A stretch of 64,000 nt of DNA from Bacilli bacterium (GCA_050953065.1 JBMNLZ010000002.1:160001-224000); one strand, 5' to 3'; shown: positions 19,551-31,063, numbered from the stretch's first letter. Translations and numbers: made by a program. The notes: a model not told the origin generated them from the sequence alone.

Positions 19551-20016
19551 TACAAAAACTGAAACTAAAAAAGAAGTAACTACTAGTTCAACAGCTACTG
19601 CGAAAACTACTACTAAAGCTACTCCAAAAGCAACTGCAAAAGCAGCTGAAAAAGCTACTCCAAAAACAGCTTCTAAAACTACAGTAAAAGCTACTCCGAA
19701 AGTAGCAGAAAAAGCAACTGCAAAAACAGCTTCTAAAACTACTGTTAAAGCTGATGCTTCAAAAGCAAGTGCTAAAAAAGAAACTAAAAAGGAAACTAAA
19801 AAAGAAGTAGTTCGCCAACCAAAAACTGCTGTAATTAGAGAAATGGATGTTGTAAGTATTGAAAAAGAAATTGCAGAATTAAAGAAAGAATTATTTAATA
19901 TGCGTTTCCAAAGCGCTGTTGGAAAATTAGAAAATACAGCAGCAATTAAAAAAGCTAGAAAGCAAATTGCACGTATGAAAACTATTCTTACTGAACGTGC
20001 TGATGCGCTTAAATAG
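19543..20016 (+). CDS. rpmC: 50S ribosomal protein L29 with a ~95-aa N-terminal K/A/T-rich extension
   Basis: C-terminal [19 protein letters not shown]...[11 protein letters not shown]; position between rplP and rpsQ. Confidence 0.93.
   Translation: MANTKTETKKEVTTSSTATAKTTTKATPKATAKAAEKATPKTASKTTVKATPKVAEKATAKTASKTTVKADASKASAKKETKKETKKEVVRQPKTAVIREMDVVSIEKEIAELKKELFNMRFQSAVGKLENTAAIKKARKQIARMKTILTERADALK
19645..19752 (+). repeat. 60-nt (20-aa) tandem duplication in the rpmC extension
   Basis: CAAAAACAGCTTCTAAAACT at 19661 and 19721; protein AEKAT(P/A)[10 protein letters not shown] occurs twice. Confidence 0.8.
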
Positions 20017-20028
20017 GAGGCTTATATT

Positions 20029-20289
20029 ATGGAAAGAAATAGACGTAAAGTATATGTTGGCAAAGTTGTTGCTGATGTAGAAGATAAAACAATTAAAGTT
20101 GAAATAACTACTTATAAAAAGCATGCTTTATATAGCAAAAGAGTTATTTACACAAAGAAATTTACTGCTCATGATGAAGAAAATCAAGCAAAAGTAGGCG
20201 ATATTGTTAAAATAATGGCTACAAGACCTCTTTCAAAAACTAAGAGATATCGTTTGATTGAAATTGTTGAAAAAGCAGTAGTTCTATAA
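20029..20289 (+). CDS. rpsQ: 30S ribosomal protein S17
   Basis: [20 protein letters not shown]. Confidence 0.97.
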   Translation: MERNRRKVYVGKVVADVEDKTIKVEITTYKKHALYSKRVIYTKKFTAHDEENQAKVGDIVKIMATRPLSKTKRYRLIEIVEKAVVL

Positions 20290-20302
20290 GGAGGCATAAG
20301 AT

Positions 20303-20671
20303 ATGATACAACAAGAATCGAGATTGCGTATAGCTGATAATTCAGGGGCCAAAGAAATTTTAACAATTAAAGTTTTAGGTGGTACTAGAAGACGTTATGC
20401 TAACATTGGAGATATTATTGTAGCTACAGTTAAATCTTCAACTCCTGGTGGAACAGTTAAAAAAGGTGAAATTGTAAAAGCAGTTATAGTAAGAACAAAA
20501 AGCGGTTTAAGAAGAAGTGATGGAAGTTATATTAAGTTTGATGATAACGCTGCTGTTATTATTAAAGAAGATAAATCTCCAAAAGGTACTCGTATTTTCG
20601 GGCCAGTTGCTCGTGAATTAAGAGATAAGGATTTTACAAAAATCATTTCTTTGGCCCCTGAAGTTCTATAA
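20303..20671 (+). CDS. rplN: 50S ribosomal protein L14
   Basis: [26 protein letters not shown]. Confidence 0.99.
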   Translation: MIQQESRLRIADNSGAKEILTIKVLGGTRRRYANIGDIIVATVKSSTPGGTVKKGEIVKAVIVRTKSGLRRSDGSYIKFDDNAAVIIKEDKSPKGTRIFGPVARELRDKDFTKIISLAPEVL

Positions 20672-20682
20672 GGAGGTCCTAA

Positions 20683-20994
20683 ATGAAGATTAAAAAAGGT
20701 GATACTGTTAAGATTATTAGCGGGAATCATAAAAATCAAACAGGAAAAGTATTAAAAGTATTAGTAAAAGAAAATAGGGTTGTAGTTGAAGGAATGAATG
20801 TTGCATCTCGCCATACAAAACCATCTAACGCACACCCTAATGGTGGTATTGTTAAAAAAGAAATGCCAATGGATGTTTCTAATGTACAATTGATAGATCC
20901 ATCTACTAATAAAGCAGGGCGTGTTGGTTATAAAATAGAAAATGGTAAAAAGATTCGCGTTTTCAAAAAAACTAATACTGCACTAGATAAGTAG
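20683..20994 (+). CDS. rplX: 50S ribosomal protein L24
   Basis: [16 protein letters not shown] motif. Confidence 0.97.
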   Translation: MKIKKGDTVKIISGNHKNQTGKVLKVLVKENRVVVEGMNVASRHTKPSNAHPNGGIVKKEMPMDVSNVQLIDPSTNKAGRVGYKIENGKKIRVFKKTNTALDK

Positions 20995-21009
20995 TTAGGA
21001 GGAAGAAGA

Positions 21010-21549
21010 ATGAATCGTGTCTTAGGAAATTATAAAAAAAATATACAAAAGGCTTTAATGAAACAATTCTCATATACATCTATTATGCAAGTTCCTAAAC
21101 TTGAAAAAATAGTTGTTAATATGGGTGTTGGAGATGCTATTCAAAACGCTAAATTAATTGAAGCTGCGTTTGAAGATTTAAAAACAATTACTGGTCAAAA
21201 ACCTGTAATCACATATGCTAAAAAATCAATCGCTGCTTTTAAATTAAGAGAAGGTGTTGCTATTGGATGTAAGGTAACTTTACGAGGTGAGAGAATGTAT
21301 GAGTTCTTTGATAAACTTATATCAGTATCTTTACCACGTGTTCGTGACTTTAGAGGTTTAAGCAAAGAGTCTTTTGATGGCCGTGGCAATTATACTTTAG
21401 GGATCAAGGAACAATTAATCTTCCCAGAAATAGTTTACGACAAGGTTGTAAAGGTTAGAGGGATGGATATTGTAATTGTAACTACAGCTAAGTCTGATGA
21501 AGAAGGCAGAGCACTACTTGGTCAACTAGGTATGCCATTTAAGAAATAA
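21010..21549 (+). CDS. rplE: 50S ribosomal protein L5
   Basis: [23 protein letters not shown]. Confidence 0.98.
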   Translation: MNRVLGNYKKNIQKALMKQFSYTSIMQVPKLEKIVVNMGVGDAIQNAKLIEAAFEDLKTITGQKPVITYAKKSIAAFKLREGVAIGCKVTLRGERMYEFFDKLISVSLPRVRDFRGLSKESFDGRGNYTLGIKEQLIFPEIVYDKVVKVRGMDIVIVTTAKSDEEGRALLGQLGMPFKK

Positions 21550-21560
21550 GGAGGCGACTT

Positions 21561-21746
21561 ATGGCTAAAACATCTTTAAGAATTAAAAATAAACGTAAAC
21601 CTAAATTTAAGGTTAGAGAATATACACGTTGTGAGCGCTGTGGAAGACCTCATGCTGTGTATCGTAAATTTAAACTATGCCGCTTGTGTTTTAGAGAATT
21701 AGCGCAAAAGGGACAAATCCCTGGCGTTACTAAAGCAAGTTGGTAA
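21561..21746 (+). CDS. rpsN: 30S ribosomal protein S14, zinc-binding type Z
   Basis: 61 aa; RCERCGRP...LCRLCFRE. Confidence 0.97.
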   Translation: MAKTSLRIKNKRKPKFKVREYTRCERCGRPHAVYRKFKLCRLCFRELAQKGQIPGVTKASW

Positions 21747-21772
21747 TAATAAATTGGAAGGAGGCCATATAA

Positions 21773-22171
21773 ATGGTAATGACTGATCCAATTGCTGATA
21801 TGCTTACACGTATTAGAAATGCTAATCAAGCAAAACAAGAAACTGTAATGATACCAGCATCAAAAATCAAGTTAGAAATTTTAAATGTTATTAAAAATGA
21901 AGGTTACATTACTGACATTGAAAAAATCGAAGATGGTGTTCAAGGTCAATTAAAAGTAACAATGAAGTATACTGATAAAAAAGAAAGAGTAATTAAAGGA
22001 ATTACGCGTATTTCTAAACCTGGATTACGTGTTTATGCAAAAGCTGTGGAATTACCAAAAGTATTAAATGGTTTAGGCATTGCAATAGTATCAACATCAA
22101 ATGGAGTTATGACTGATCGCGAAGCTCGTCAAAAGAGCTATGGCGGTGAAGTTATTGCTTACGTTTGGTAG
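21773..22171 (+). CDS. rpsH: 30S ribosomal protein S8
   Basis: [21 protein letters not shown]. Confidence 0.98.
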   Translation: MVMTDPIADMLTRIRNANQAKQETVMIPASKIKLEILNVIKNEGYITDIEKIEDGVQGQLKVTMKYTDKKERVIKGITRISKPGLRVYAKAVELPKVLNGLGIAIVSTSNGVMTDREARQKSYGGEVIAYVW

Positions 22172-22184
22172 AAAAGGGGGAAAT

Positions 22185-22724
22185 ATGTCTCGTATAGGAA
22201 ATAAAATTATTCAACTTAAAAGTGGAGTTAGTGTGGATGTAAAGGATAATTTAGTATCTGTAAAGGGTCCTAAAGGTGAATTATCTTATGCAATAAATCC
22301 GGAAATGAAAATTGAAATCGATGGTACTGAATTAAAAATAATTAGACCAAGTGATTCAATTAGACATAAAACTCTTCATGGAACAACTAGAGCATTAATT
22401 CATAATATGGTAGAAGGTGTTTCAGAAGGATATACTAAAACACTTGAAATTACTGGTGTTGGATACAGAGCAAAAGCAAATGGTAGAGTATTAGAAGTTA
22501 ACGCTGGATATTCTCATCCTGTTAATTTAAATGTTCCAGAAGGATTAAATGCAGATACTCCAAGTCCAACTGAAATAATAATTACTGGAATTGATAAACA
22601 AAAAGTTGGTCAATTTGCATCTGAAGTTAGAGCTATTCGTCTTCCTGAACCTTATAAAGGAAAAGGTATCCGTTATAAAGGTGAAGTTATTCGTCGTAAA
22701 GAAGGCAAGAAAGAAAAGAAATAG
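22185..22724 (+). CDS. rplF: 50S ribosomal protein L6
   Basis: [18 protein letters not shown]. Confidence 0.98.
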   Translation: MSRIGNKIIQLKSGVSVDVKDNLVSVKGPKGELSYAINPEMKIEIDGTELKIIRPSDSIRHKTLHGTTRALIHNMVEGVSEGYTKTLEITGVGYRAKANGRVLEVNAGYSHPVNLNVPEGLNADTPSPTEIIITGIDKQKVGQFASEVRAIRLPEPYKGKGIRYKGEVIRRKEGKKEKK

Positions 22725-22741
22725 AAAGGAGCATTATAAAA

Positions 22742-23104
22742 GTGATTATAAAAAAGTCGCGTAATGAAACAAGACAAAAACGTCATTTACGCATTCGTCA
22801 AAGTATAATTGGGACATCTGATATTCCACGTTTAAATGTTTTCCGTTCTAACACTAATATTTATGCTCAAATAATTGATGACAGCAAAGGAGTAACATTA
22901 GTTAGTGCTTCAAGTGGTGAAAAAGAATTGAAATTAAAAAACGGTTCAAATATTGAAGCTGCCAAAGCTGTTGGCAAATTAGTCGCTGAAAGAGCAAAAG
23001 AAAAGAAAATTAAAGCTATCGTATTCGATCGTGGTGGTTATTTATATCATGGTAGAGTAAAAGCGTTAGCTGAAGCTGCTCGTGAAGCTGGCTTGAAGTT
23101 TTAG
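22742..23104 (+). CDS. rplR: 50S ribosomal protein L18
   Basis: [25 protein letters not shown]. Confidence 0.98.
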   Translation: MIIKKSRNETRQKRHLRIRQSIIGTSDIPRLNVFRSNTNIYAQIIDDSKGVTLVSASSGEKELKLKNGSNIEAAKAVGKLVAERAKEKKIKAIVFDRGGYLYHGRVKALAEAAREAGLKF

Positions 23105-23116
23105 GGGGTAATATTT

Positions 23117-23650
23117 ATGATGCGTGATGCAAAAGAAAAAAGACCTAATAAAAAAGAGGCAGTTAGTGTTGTTGATAAAACGTTTGAAGAACGTGTTGTA
23201 AGCATTAACCATGTAACAAAAGTTGTTAAAGGTGGTAGAAGATATCGTTTTAACGCTGTTGTTGTGGTTGGTGATAAAAATGGACGTGTAGGCGTAGGGA
23301 CTGGTAAGGCTAATGAAGTTCCTGATGCAGTTAAAAAAGCAGTAGAAGACGCTAAAAAGAATTTGATTAAAGTAGAAATGGTTAATAGTACAATTCCTCA
23401 TGCTGTAACTGGTGTTTATGGTGGTGGAAAAGTATTTTTAAAACCTGCAAAAGATGGTACGGGAGTTATCGCAGGAGGACCTGTCAGAGCCGTAGTAGAA
23501 CTTGCTGGAATTTCTAATATTCTTTCAAAATCATTAGGATCAAACACTCCTATTAATATTGTTAGAGCAACAATTGAAGGCTTAAGAGAATTAAGAACAG
23601 TTGAACAAGTTGCAGCTATTCGTGGGAAAGATGTAAAGGAGATTGTTTAA
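23117..23650 (+). CDS. rpsE: 30S ribosomal protein S5
   Basis: [18 protein letters not shown]. Confidence 0.98.
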   Translation: MMRDAKEKRPNKKEAVSVVDKTFEERVVSINHVTKVVKGGRRYRFNAVVVVGDKNGRVGVGTGKANEVPDAVKKAVEDAKKNLIKVEMVNSTIPHAVTGVYGGGKVFLKPAKDGTGVIAGGPVRAVVELAGISNILSKSLGSNTPINIVRATIEGLRELRTVEQVAAIRGKDVKEIV

Positions 23651-23651
23651 T

Positions 23652-23843
23652 ATGGCAAAGAAAGAAAAGTTTATTACAATCAAATTAGTTAAAAGTGGAA
23701 TTGCTAGAAAACCAAATCAAACAAAGACTTTAAAAGCTTTAGGTTTAAACAAGATTAATCAACAAGTAACTAAAACTGATAATGAAGCTGTTAGAGGAAT
23801 GATCGCTACAGTTAGTCATTTAGTTGAAGTTGTTGAGAACTAG
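23652..23843 (+). CDS. rpmD: 50S ribosomal protein L30
   Basis: TLKALGL...VRGMI..VSHLV. Confidence 0.95.
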   Translation: MAKKEKFITIKLVKSGIARKPNQTKTLKALGLNKINQQVTKTDNEAVRGMIATVSHLVEVVEN

Positions 23844-23853
23844 GAGGTTTAGC

Positions 23854-24294
23854 ATGAAATTACATGAATTAAAACCTGTTGAAGGTGCTCGTCATAGTAA
23901 AAAACGTGTTGGTCGTGGGACTGGTTCTGGGCATGGAAAAACAAGTGGACGTGGCCATAAAGGACAAAACGCAAGAAGTGGCGGCGGAGTAAGAATTGCT
24001 TTTGAGGGTGGACAAACACCATTATTCAAAAGATTACCAAAAAGAGGCTTTACGAATATTAATCGTAAAGAATATGCAATCATTAATGTAGAAGAATTAA
24101 ATTGTTTTAAAGACGGTAGTGAAGTTTCAATTAATGATTTTGTAAAACAAGGCTTAATTAATAAAAGATATGATGGTATCAAAGTTTTAGGAAATGGTAA
24201 GTTAAACGTTAAGTTAACTGTTAAGGCTAATAAATTTTCTAAATCAGCTGAAAAGATTATTACAGATGCTGGTGGAAAAACAGAGGTGATTTAA
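23854..24294 (+). CDS. rplO: 50S ribosomal protein L15
   Basis: [29 protein letters not shown]. Confidence 0.98.
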   Translation: MKLHELKPVEGARHSKKRVGRGTGSGHGKTSGRGHKGQNARSGGGVRIAFEGGQTPLFKRLPKRGFTNINRKEYAIINVEELNCFKDGSEVSINDFVKQGLINKRYDGIKVLGNGKLNVKLTVKANKFSKSAEKIITDAGGKTEVI

Positions 24295-25607
24295 TGGCTG
24301 CTTTTAAAAACTCGAAATTTTGGGGTAAGGTTAAGGCTTTTTTCAAAAATAAGATAACAATAATGTTATTATTTACTGCATTGTTTTTGCTTATTTATAG
24401 ATTAGGAGTTTTCATCCAACTACCATTTATAGATAGAGATTTTTATACAGATATATCTTCTTCAATGTTTGGATTTTTAGATGTATTTAGTGGTGGAGCA
24501 CTATCTAATTTTTCAATTTTAGCATTAGGTATTAGCCCATATATTACTTCATCTATTATTATTCAACTTTTAAAAATGGATATTATTCCAGTTTTAAAGG
24601 AATGGGATGAAGAAGGTGAAACAGGAAAACAAAAATTAAATCAATTAACTAAATATTTAGCACTTGGTTTGGCTTTTGTTCAATCACTAACTTTAACTGT
24701 TGGAATTTCAGTTACATATGAAAATACATTATTCATCGCTGGTACTGATGTTACACCATTCTTATTCGTGTATTTAGCAATTGTTGCAACTGCAGGTACT
24801 GCATTTGTTTTATGGCTTGCTGAAAAAATCACTCAAAAAGGAATTGGTAATGGTACTAGTATGATTATCGTAGCTGGTATTTTAGCATCTTATCCTGAAA
24901 TGTTTAGTGAATTAATTAAGAAATATTTAATTCAAGGCGGAGGAAAGGCTAGCAATATTATTACTTTCTTTGTAGTATTAATTCTATTTATAGCAATCAT
25001 CGTTGGTGTTGTTTATATGGAAGCAGCACAAAGAAAAGTTCCAATTCAATATGCAAACAGACCAGCAACTTCTGCTTTTAGAGGAAAACATGATTCAAAT
25101 ATTCCAATTAAATTAAATTCGGCATCTGTAATTCCAGTTATCTTTGCTGGTACTTTAATGAGTATTCCAACAACGATAGTTAACTTTATGGATGAAACTA
25201 ATACAACATATTGGATTAAAGAAATCTTCAGTTATACAAAACCAATTGGCTTTGTATTATATATCATTTTAATTTTTGTGTTTTCATTCTTTTATTCATT
25301 CTTACAAATGGATCCAGATAGAATGTCTGAAAACCTACAAAAACAAAATGCTTATATTCCAGGGATTAGACCAGGAGCTGAAACTGCATCTTATATTTCA
25401 AGATTAATTTTTAAGATTACAATGTTAGGTGCAACATATCTTGCAATTATTGCAGCGATTCCAATTGTTATGAGTTTAATATTTGATCTACCACCATCAT
25501 TCCAAATTGGTGGAACAAGTTTAATCATTGTTGTAGGTGTAGCTACTGAAACTGTTAAACAATTAAAAACTGAAAAACAAGAAAAGCAATATCGCGGATT
25601 TATATAA
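24294..25607 (+). CDS. secY: Preprotein translocase subunit SecY
   Basis: LGISPYITSSII, GIGNGTSMII, IPGIRPG, GGTSLIIVV. Confidence 0.98.
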   Translation: MAAFKNSKFWGKVKAFFKNKITIMLLFTALFLLIYRLGVFIQLPFIDRDFYTDISSSMFGFLDVFSGGALSNFSILALGISPYITSSIIIQLLKMDIIPVLKEWDEEGETGKQKLNQLTKYLALGLAFVQSLTLTVGISVTYENTLFIAGTDVTPFLFVYLAIVATAGTAFVLWLAEKITQKGIGNGTSMIIVAGILASYPEMFSELIKKYLIQGGGKASNIITFFVVLILFIAIIVGVVYMEAAQRKVPIQYANRPATSAFRGKHDSNIPIKLNSASVIPVIFAGTLMSIPTTIVNFMDETNTTYWIKEIFSYTKPIGFVLYIILIFVFSFFYSFLQMDPDRMSENLQKQNAYIPGIRPGAETASYISRLIFKITMLGATYLAIIAAIPIVMSLIFDLPPSFQIGGTSLIIVVGVATETVKQLKTEKQEKQYRGFI

Positions 25608-25611
25608 GAGG

Positions 25612-26271
25612 GTGAATATTGTGCGTTTGTTATTAATGGGAGCTCCTGGCGCAGGCAAGGGAACTCAAGCTGCTGTATTAAAAGATGCGTATAATATTCC
25701 CCACATTTCTACCGGTGATATGTTTAGAGAAGCAATTAAACTTGATTCTTTGCTAGGGAAGAAAGTCAAAGCTTATATGGACAAGGGTGAATTAGTACCA
25801 GATATGGTTACAGTTGAAGTAATGGAAGAGCGTCTAATGAAAGATGACTGTAAGAATGGTTTTTTACTAGATGGCTATCCTAGAACTTTACAACAAGGTT
25901 ATGAATTAGACAAACTACTTAAAAAACTTAATATTAAATTAGATAAAGTACTGTACTTTAAAGTAGAGGAAGATTTATTAATTAAAAGAATTTTAGGTAG
26001 AAGAGTTTGTACGAAGTGTGGCGCTGGCTACAATGTCGTTTCTTTAAAACCACAAGTTGATGGAGTATGCGATGTTTGTGGCGGTGAACTAGTTTCAAGA
26101 AAAGATGATACTTATGAAACAATTAAAAATAGAATCTTAGTTTATAAAAATCAAACTAAGCCTTTGTTTAAGTATTATGCTAAACAAGGAATTCTTGTAG
26201 AGTTAGATGGTTCTAAAGATTATCAGGATACATTTCTTGAAATTAAAGAAATTCTTGGAGGAATTGAATGA
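25612..26271 (+). CDS. adk: Adenylate kinase (Zn-binding LID)
   Basis: GAPGAGKGTQ, HISTGD, LDGYPRT, CxxC...CxxC. Confidence 0.97.
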   Translation: MNIVRLLLMGAPGAGKGTQAAVLKDAYNIPHISTGDMFREAIKLDSLLGKKVKAYMDKGELVPDMVTVEVMEERLMKDDCKNGFLLDGYPRTLQQGYELDKLLKKLNIKLDKVLYFKVEEDLLIKRILGRRVCTKCGAGYNVVSLKPQVDGVCDVCGGELVSRKDDTYETIKNRILVYKNQTKPLFKYYAKQGILVELDGSKDYQDTFLEIKEILGGIE

Positions 26272-27038
26272 TCACAATTAAAAGTGAACGCGAAATTCAA
26301 TTAATGAAAAAGGCTGGCCAAATTGTAGCTTTAGCTTTAAAAGAAGTAGAAAAAGCAATTAAGCCTGGTGTCAGTACTTATGAATTAGACAAGTTAGTTG
26401 AAAGAATAATTTTGGAAAATGATGCTACGCCTTCATTTAAGGGGTATGGTGGATTTCCTGGGTCTATTTGCGCGTCAGTTAATAATGTTGTGGTTCACGG
26501 TATTCCTAGTAAAAAAATGATTTTAAAAGAGGGTGACATTATTGCTATTGATGTAGGTGCTTGTTATCAAGGCTATCATGGCGATAGTGCAGTAACGTTT
26601 GCTGTTGGTAAGATTAGTGAGGCTCGTCAAAGATTAATTAATGTAACCAAAGAGGCGTTATATGAAGGACTCAAATTTGCTCAACCCAATAATCGTTTAT
26701 CAGATGTTTCTCACGCTATTGAAAAGTATGTTTTAGAAAACAATTTTAATGTTGTTAAAGAATTTACTGGACATGGTATCGGGAAAGCATTGCATGAGGA
26801 TCCTTACATTCCAAATTTCGGAGAACCAGGACAAGGTCCGTTATTAAAAGAAGGAATGGCTTTAGCCATTGAACCAATGGTTAATGCAGGGACTTCCAAA
26901 GTAAAGATATTACAAGATAATTGGACTACTGTAACACTAGATAAATCAGATAGTGCACATTTTGAACATACAGTAGTGATAACTAAAACAGGTCATATGA
27001 TCTTAACAAAGTTAGAAGGGAGTGAATTTGATGTCTAA
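26268..27038 (+). CDS. map: Methionine aminopeptidase type I
   Basis: [30 protein letters not shown]. Confidence 0.97.
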   Translation: MITIKSEREIQLMKKAGQIVALALKEVEKAIKPGVSTYELDKLVERIILENDATPSFKGYGGFPGSICASVNNVVVHGIPSKKMILKEGDIIAIDVGACYQGYHGDSAVTFAVGKISEARQRLINVTKEALYEGLKFAQPNNRLSDVSHAIEKYVLENNFNVVKEFTGHGIGKALHEDPYIPNFGEPGQGPLLKEGMALAIEPMVNAGTSKVKILQDNWTTVTLDKSDSAHFEHTVVITKTGHMILTKLEGSEFDV

Positions 27039-27249
27039 AGAAGACGTTATTGAATTAAAAGGTACAGTTACAGATGCCTTGCCTAATGCAATTTTTAAAG
27101 TTACATTAGAAAATGGGCATCAAATAGTGGCACACGTTTCTGGTAAAATACGTATGCATTACATAAATATTCTACCAGGTGATAAAGTAACTGTAGAACT
27201 GTCACCATATGATGTAACACGTGGCCGTATTACTTATAGACATAAGTAG
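27031..27249 (+). CDS. infA: Translation initiation factor IF-1
   Basis: [31 protein letters not shown]. Confidence 0.98.
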   Translation: MSKEDVIELKGTVTDALPNAIFKVTLENGHQIVAHVSGKIRMHYINILPGDKVTVELSPYDVTRGRITYRHK

Positions 27250-27272
27250 TTTTTAAGGAGGAAACAAAGAAT

Positions 27273-27386
27273 ATGAAAGTTAGACCATCGGTAAAACCGA
27301 TTTGTGATCAATGTAAAATTATAAACCGTAAAGGTAAAGTTATGGTAATTTGTCAAAATCCAAAACATAAACAAAAACAAGGATAA
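27273..27386 (+). CDS. rpmJ: 50S ribosomal protein L36 (missing from the ORF track)
   Basis: Manual translation [37 protein letters not shown]; AAGGAGG RBS. Confidence 0.97.
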   Translation: MKVRPSVKPICDQCKIINRKGKVMVICQNPKHKQKQG

Positions 27387-27401
27387 TTAGGAGGAAAATA
27401 A

Positions 27402-27767
27402 ATGGCACGTATTGCTGGTGTTGATATTCCGCGTGATAAAAGAGTAGTTATTTCATTAACTTATATTTTTGGTATTGGAAAAACAACATCTATTAAAATA
27501 TTAGAAAAAGCAGGCGTTGATCAAAACAAACGCGTGAAGGATTTAAGTGAAGAAGAAATGGCGAATATTCGTCGTGAAATTGGTCTTTTAAAGGTTGAAG
27601 GAGATTTACGACGTGACGTTTCTTTAAATATTAAAAGATTAATGGAAATTGGATGCTATAGTGGTATTCGTCATCGTCGTGGAATGCCTGTTAGAGGACA
27701 AAACACAAGATGTAATGCTAGAACTCGTAAGGGTAAAGCTAAAACTGTAGCTAATAAAAGGAAGTAG
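27402..27767 (+). CDS. rpsM: 30S ribosomal protein S13
   Basis: [25 protein letters not shown]. Confidence 0.98.
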   Translation: MARIAGVDIPRDKRVVISLTYIFGIGKTTSIKILEKAGVDQNKRVKDLSEEEMANIRREIGLLKVEGDLRRDVSLNIKRLMEIGCYSGIRHRRGMPVRGQNTRCNARTRKGKAKTVANKRK

Positions 27768-27778
27768 GTGAGTAGATA

Positions 27779-28168
27779 ATGGCCGTTAAGAAAGTTCGTG
27801 CTAAACGTAAAGTTAAAAAGAATATTCCGAATGGGATAGCTCATATTCACTCAACCTTTAATAATACAATTGTTACTATTACTGATGTTGATGGTAATGC
27901 AGTAACATGGTCAAGTGCTGGTTCTTTAGGATTTAAGGGTAGTAAAAAATCTACTCCATTTGCTGCACAAATGGCATCTGAAGCTTGTGCAAAAGCTGCA
28001 CTAGATAGCGGAATGATGAAAGTTGAAGTAACTGTAAGAGGACCTGGTCCTGGTCGTGAGGCTGCTATTAGATCACTTCAAATTGCTGGATTAGAAATTA
28101 CATCAATCAAAGATGTAACTCCAATTCCACACAATGGTTGTAGACCACCGAAAAGACCTCGTGGTTAA
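27779..28168 (+). CDS. rpsK: 30S ribosomal protein S11
   Basis: [21 protein letters not shown]. Confidence 0.98.
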   Translation: MAVKKVRAKRKVKKNIPNGIAHIHSTFNNTIVTITDVDGNAVTWSSAGSLGFKGSKKSTPFAAQMASEACAKAALDSGMMKVEVTVRGPGPGREAAIRSLQIAGLEITSIKDVTPIPHNGCRPPKRPRG

Positions 28169-28191
28169 TTGAAAAATAAGGAGGGTAACGA

Positions 28192-29340
28192 TTGAGAAAG
28201 TTTGAATTTATTAAACCCAAAATTTCAGCTGAAATAAATGAAGCAGGAGATTATGGTAGATTTGTTATTGAACCATTAGAAAGAGGTTATGGAATTACTT
28301 TAGGTAATTCTTTAAGAAGAGTTATGTTATCTTCGATGCCTGGTGTTGCAATTTATGCAATGGCTCTTGAAGGAGTTGAGCATGAATTTATGGCTTTACC
28401 TGGGATTTTAGAAGATGTAACTGAAATTATTTTAAACCTTAAAAATGTAGTTTTAACAATCTCAGAGGATATACTTTTCAAAGCAATCCCTAATGCAACA
28501 GAAGAAGTATATCGTCTAGAATTAAATGAAGTTGGCCCAAAGACTGTTACTGCAAAAGATTTTATTTGTAGTAGCGAGTTAACAATTGTTAATCCAGACT
28601 TAGTTATTGCTAATTTAGAAACAGGCGCTACTTTAAAAGGAGAATTCTTTGCTAGAAGAAGCGTTGGTTATATTAGTGCAGAGACTAATAAGTCTTTAAA
28701 TAAAGATAAATCTGGAAATAAAATAATTGGCAGAATTGCAATTGATTCAATTTGTACTCCAGTTACTAAAGTACAATATGAAGTTGAAAAAGTACGACAT
28801 GAAGATAGTGTTGACTGTGATAGATTAGTTATCAGAGTATGGACAAATAATGCTATCAAAGCTCAAGATGCTATGTCGCTTGCTTCTAAGTTTTTGATTG
28901 ATCACTATTCAGTAATTTCAGAATTAAACGAAGCAATTAATGAAGATGAATATATTTATGAAAAAGCTGAAAAAGTATCTAATAAAAAATTAGAAAAACG
29001 TATTGAAGAGTTGGATTTATCAGTTCGTTCATACAACTGTTTAAAACGCGCAAACATCAATACAGTTGGAGAGTTAACTCTTAAGACTGAAGAAGAAATG
29101 ATGAGAGTACGTAATTTAGGTAGAAAATCATTAAAAGAAGTAGTTCAAAAATTAAGAGAAATTGGACTTGATTTAAAGAGAACTTATGATTCTGATTATG
29201 ATGATGAAGACGTGGAAGAAGAAGATTATGATCTTTCTAAAACAATTCTTGATTTACCTAAACCAGGAGAAGACTCAAAAACAAAAGAAGATCAAGATGA
29301 TGATGAAGATATTCTTGATTTAGATAAACAAGAAAAATAA
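28192..29340 (+). CDS. rpoA: RNA polymerase alpha subunit with an acidic C-terminal extension
   Basis: EPLERGYGITLGNSLRR, LDLSVRSYNCLKRA, NLGRKSL. Confidence 0.98.
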   Translation: MRKFEFIKPKISAEINEAGDYGRFVIEPLERGYGITLGNSLRRVMLSSMPGVAIYAMALEGVEHEFMALPGILEDVTEIILNLKNVVLTISEDILFKAIPNATEEVYRLELNEVGPKTVTAKDFICSSELTIVNPDLVIANLETGATLKGEFFARRSVGYISAETNKSLNKDKSGNKIIGRIAIDSICTPVTKVQYEVEKVRHEDSVDCDRLVIRVWTNNAIKAQDAMSLASKFLIDHYSVISELNEAINEDEYIYEKAEKVSNKKLEKRIEELDLSVRSYNCLKRANINTVGELTLKTEEEMMRVRNLGRKSLKEVVQKLREIGLDLKRTYDSDYDDEDVEEEDYDLSKTILDLPKPGEDSKTKEDQDDDEDILDLDKQEK

Positions 29341-29352
29341 GAGGAGGATATT

Positions 29353-29718
29353 ATGTCAAGAGGATATCGTAAATTAGGTCGTAATAGAGCTCAAAGAAAA
29401 GCCTTATTAAGAGACCTAGTAACAGACTTAATTATAAATGACCGTATTGAAACTACTCTTCAAAAAGCTAAAGAACTACAAAAACTAGCTGATAAAATGG
29501 TAACATTAGGTAAAGCTAACACTTTAGCTTCACGCCGTCAAGCAGCTCAAATGATAAGATTTGAATTAGTTAATGAAGAAGGACAATATGCAATTCAAAA
29601 ATTGTTTTCTGAAATTGCTCCTCGCTATACTGAACGAAAAGGCGGTTATACTAGAGTATTAAAATTAGGCCCACGTCGTGGTGACTCTGCGATGATGGCA
29701 ATTATTGAATTTGTATAA
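29353..29718 (+). CDS. rplQ: 50S ribosomal protein L17
   Basis: YRKLGR, RIETT, GGYTRV, RRGDSA. Confidence 0.98.
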   Translation: MSRGYRKLGRNRAQRKALLRDLVTDLIINDRIETTLQKAKELQKLADKMVTLGKANTLASRRQAAQMIRFELVNEEGQYAIQKLFSEIAPRYTERKGGYTRVLKLGPRRGDSAMMAIIEFV

Positions 29719-29740
29719 AACCTCAGAAATGAGGTTTTTT
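29717..29740 (+). terminator. Terminator of the ribosomal superoperon
   Basis: AAAACCTCA-gaaa-TGAGGTTTTTT. Confidence 0.85.
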
Positions 29741-29825
29741 CTTTTTTTAAAAATATATGTATATGTATAAATATATTGTAAAAAACATCAAAAAATGATA
29801 GAATAAATAAGTAAATAGGTGTGCT

Positions 29826-30248
29826 ATGAAGAGATTAGATTTTTTAATAATATTCTTAATAGTTTTAATTTGTGTTTCTTTATATATAATATATTTTAAT
29901 TATCAGATTAAAGATTTTAATAAAATAGATATCTATTATCAAAATACATATTTAGAAAGTTTTTCTTTAGAAAAAGATGAAACAATTTATATTATTTCTA
30001 ATATAGAAGAAAAAACTATTATTATAAGTTATAGTGATATAGAAAATAAGTATGATATTGAAAGCATTTCTAAAGATATAGTTAATACTGTATCAATTTT
30101 AAATAAAGAAGTTAGGATGATTGAGTCAAATTGTCCAAATCATGTATGTGAGGCAATTGTTATTAATAGTAAATCAAAAAGACCAATTGTTTGTACAAAT
30201 GGAATTATCATAAAACTATCAAATGATGATGTTGATATAATAATTTAG
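29826..30248 (+). CDS. NusG domain II (DUF1312/Lin0431-like) membrane-anchored protein
   Basis: N-terminal TM helix; VRMIESNCPNHVC...PIVC motif. Confidence 0.7.
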   Translation: MKRLDFLIIFLIVLICVSLYIIYFNYQIKDFNKIDIYYQNTYLESFSLEKDETIYIISNIEEKTIIISYSDIENKYDIESISKDIVNTVSILNKEVRMIESNCPNHVCEAIVINSKSKRPIVCTNGIIIKLSNDDVDIII

Positions 30249-30262
30249 ATGAGGAAAATCAA

Positions 30263-31063
30263 ATGATTGAATTAAAAAATGTAAATTTTGCATATACAAG
30301 AAGAAACAAAGCGGTAAATGATGTTTCTCTTCATATCAAAAAAGGCGAATACATCGCCATTCTTGGACATAATGGAAGTGGTAAAAGTACTCTTGTTAAA
30401 TTGATTGTAGGGCTACTTAAGGCCTTGTCTGGTGAAATTATAATCGATGGCATTAAATTAACGGAAGAATCAATTGATTTAGTTAGACAACGCATTGGAA
30501 TAGTTTTTCAAAACCCAGACAATCAATTTGTTGGAGTAACTGTCAAAGATGATATTGCCTTTGGGCTAGAAAACCGTCAAACACCAAGAGAGAAAATGTT
30601 AGAGTTAATTGATGAATTTTCTAAGAAGGTAGGAATGGAAAAATTCTTAGAGGCTAATCCAGAAAGTCTATCAGGTGGAGAAAAACAACGCGTAGCGATA
30701 GCTGGAGTTTTAGCATGCGATCCTGAGGTTATTATTTTTGATGAGGCTACTGCTATGTTAGACCCAAAAGGAGTAAGAGAAATCAATGAAATAATAGCAA
30801 CTCTTAAACATAAAAAGACTATTATCGTAATAACTCATAACCTAGAAGAAGCATTGTTTGCGGATAGAATAGTTGTTATGAATGAAGGGAAAATAGTTGC
30901 TGTAGGATATCCTGAACAAATCTTTAAAGATAAAGATATCTTATTAGAAAACTCTCTTGATATTTTAGAGAGTATGAAGTTAATTGAAGAGATTGAAAAA
31001 AGTGATTTAAATGATAAATATAAAATAGAGGATATGTTATGGGATTACACTTTCAAGAAGTAA
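30263..31063 (+). CDS. ecfA1: ECF transporter ATPase A1
   Basis: GHNGSGKST, VFQNPDNQFVG, LSGGEKQRVA, DEATAMLDP. Confidence 0.93.
   Translation: MIELKNVNFAYTRRNKAVNDVSLHIKKGEYIAILGHNGSGKSTLVKLIVGLLKALSGEIIIDGIKLTEESIDLVRQRIGIVFQNPDNQFVGVTVKDDIAFGLENRQTPREKMLELIDEFSKKVGMEKFLEANPESLSGGEKQRVAIAGVLACDPEVIIFDEATAMLDPKGVREINEIIATLKHKKTIIVITHNLEEALFADRIVVMNEGKIVAVGYPEQIFKDKDILLENSLDILESMKLIEEIEKSDLNDKYKIEDMLWDYTFKK

Noticed and set aside
28168-28192. Absence of rpsD between rpsK and rpoA
   Set aside because: Normal for Bacilli and Mollicutes, where rpsD is encoded elsewhere.
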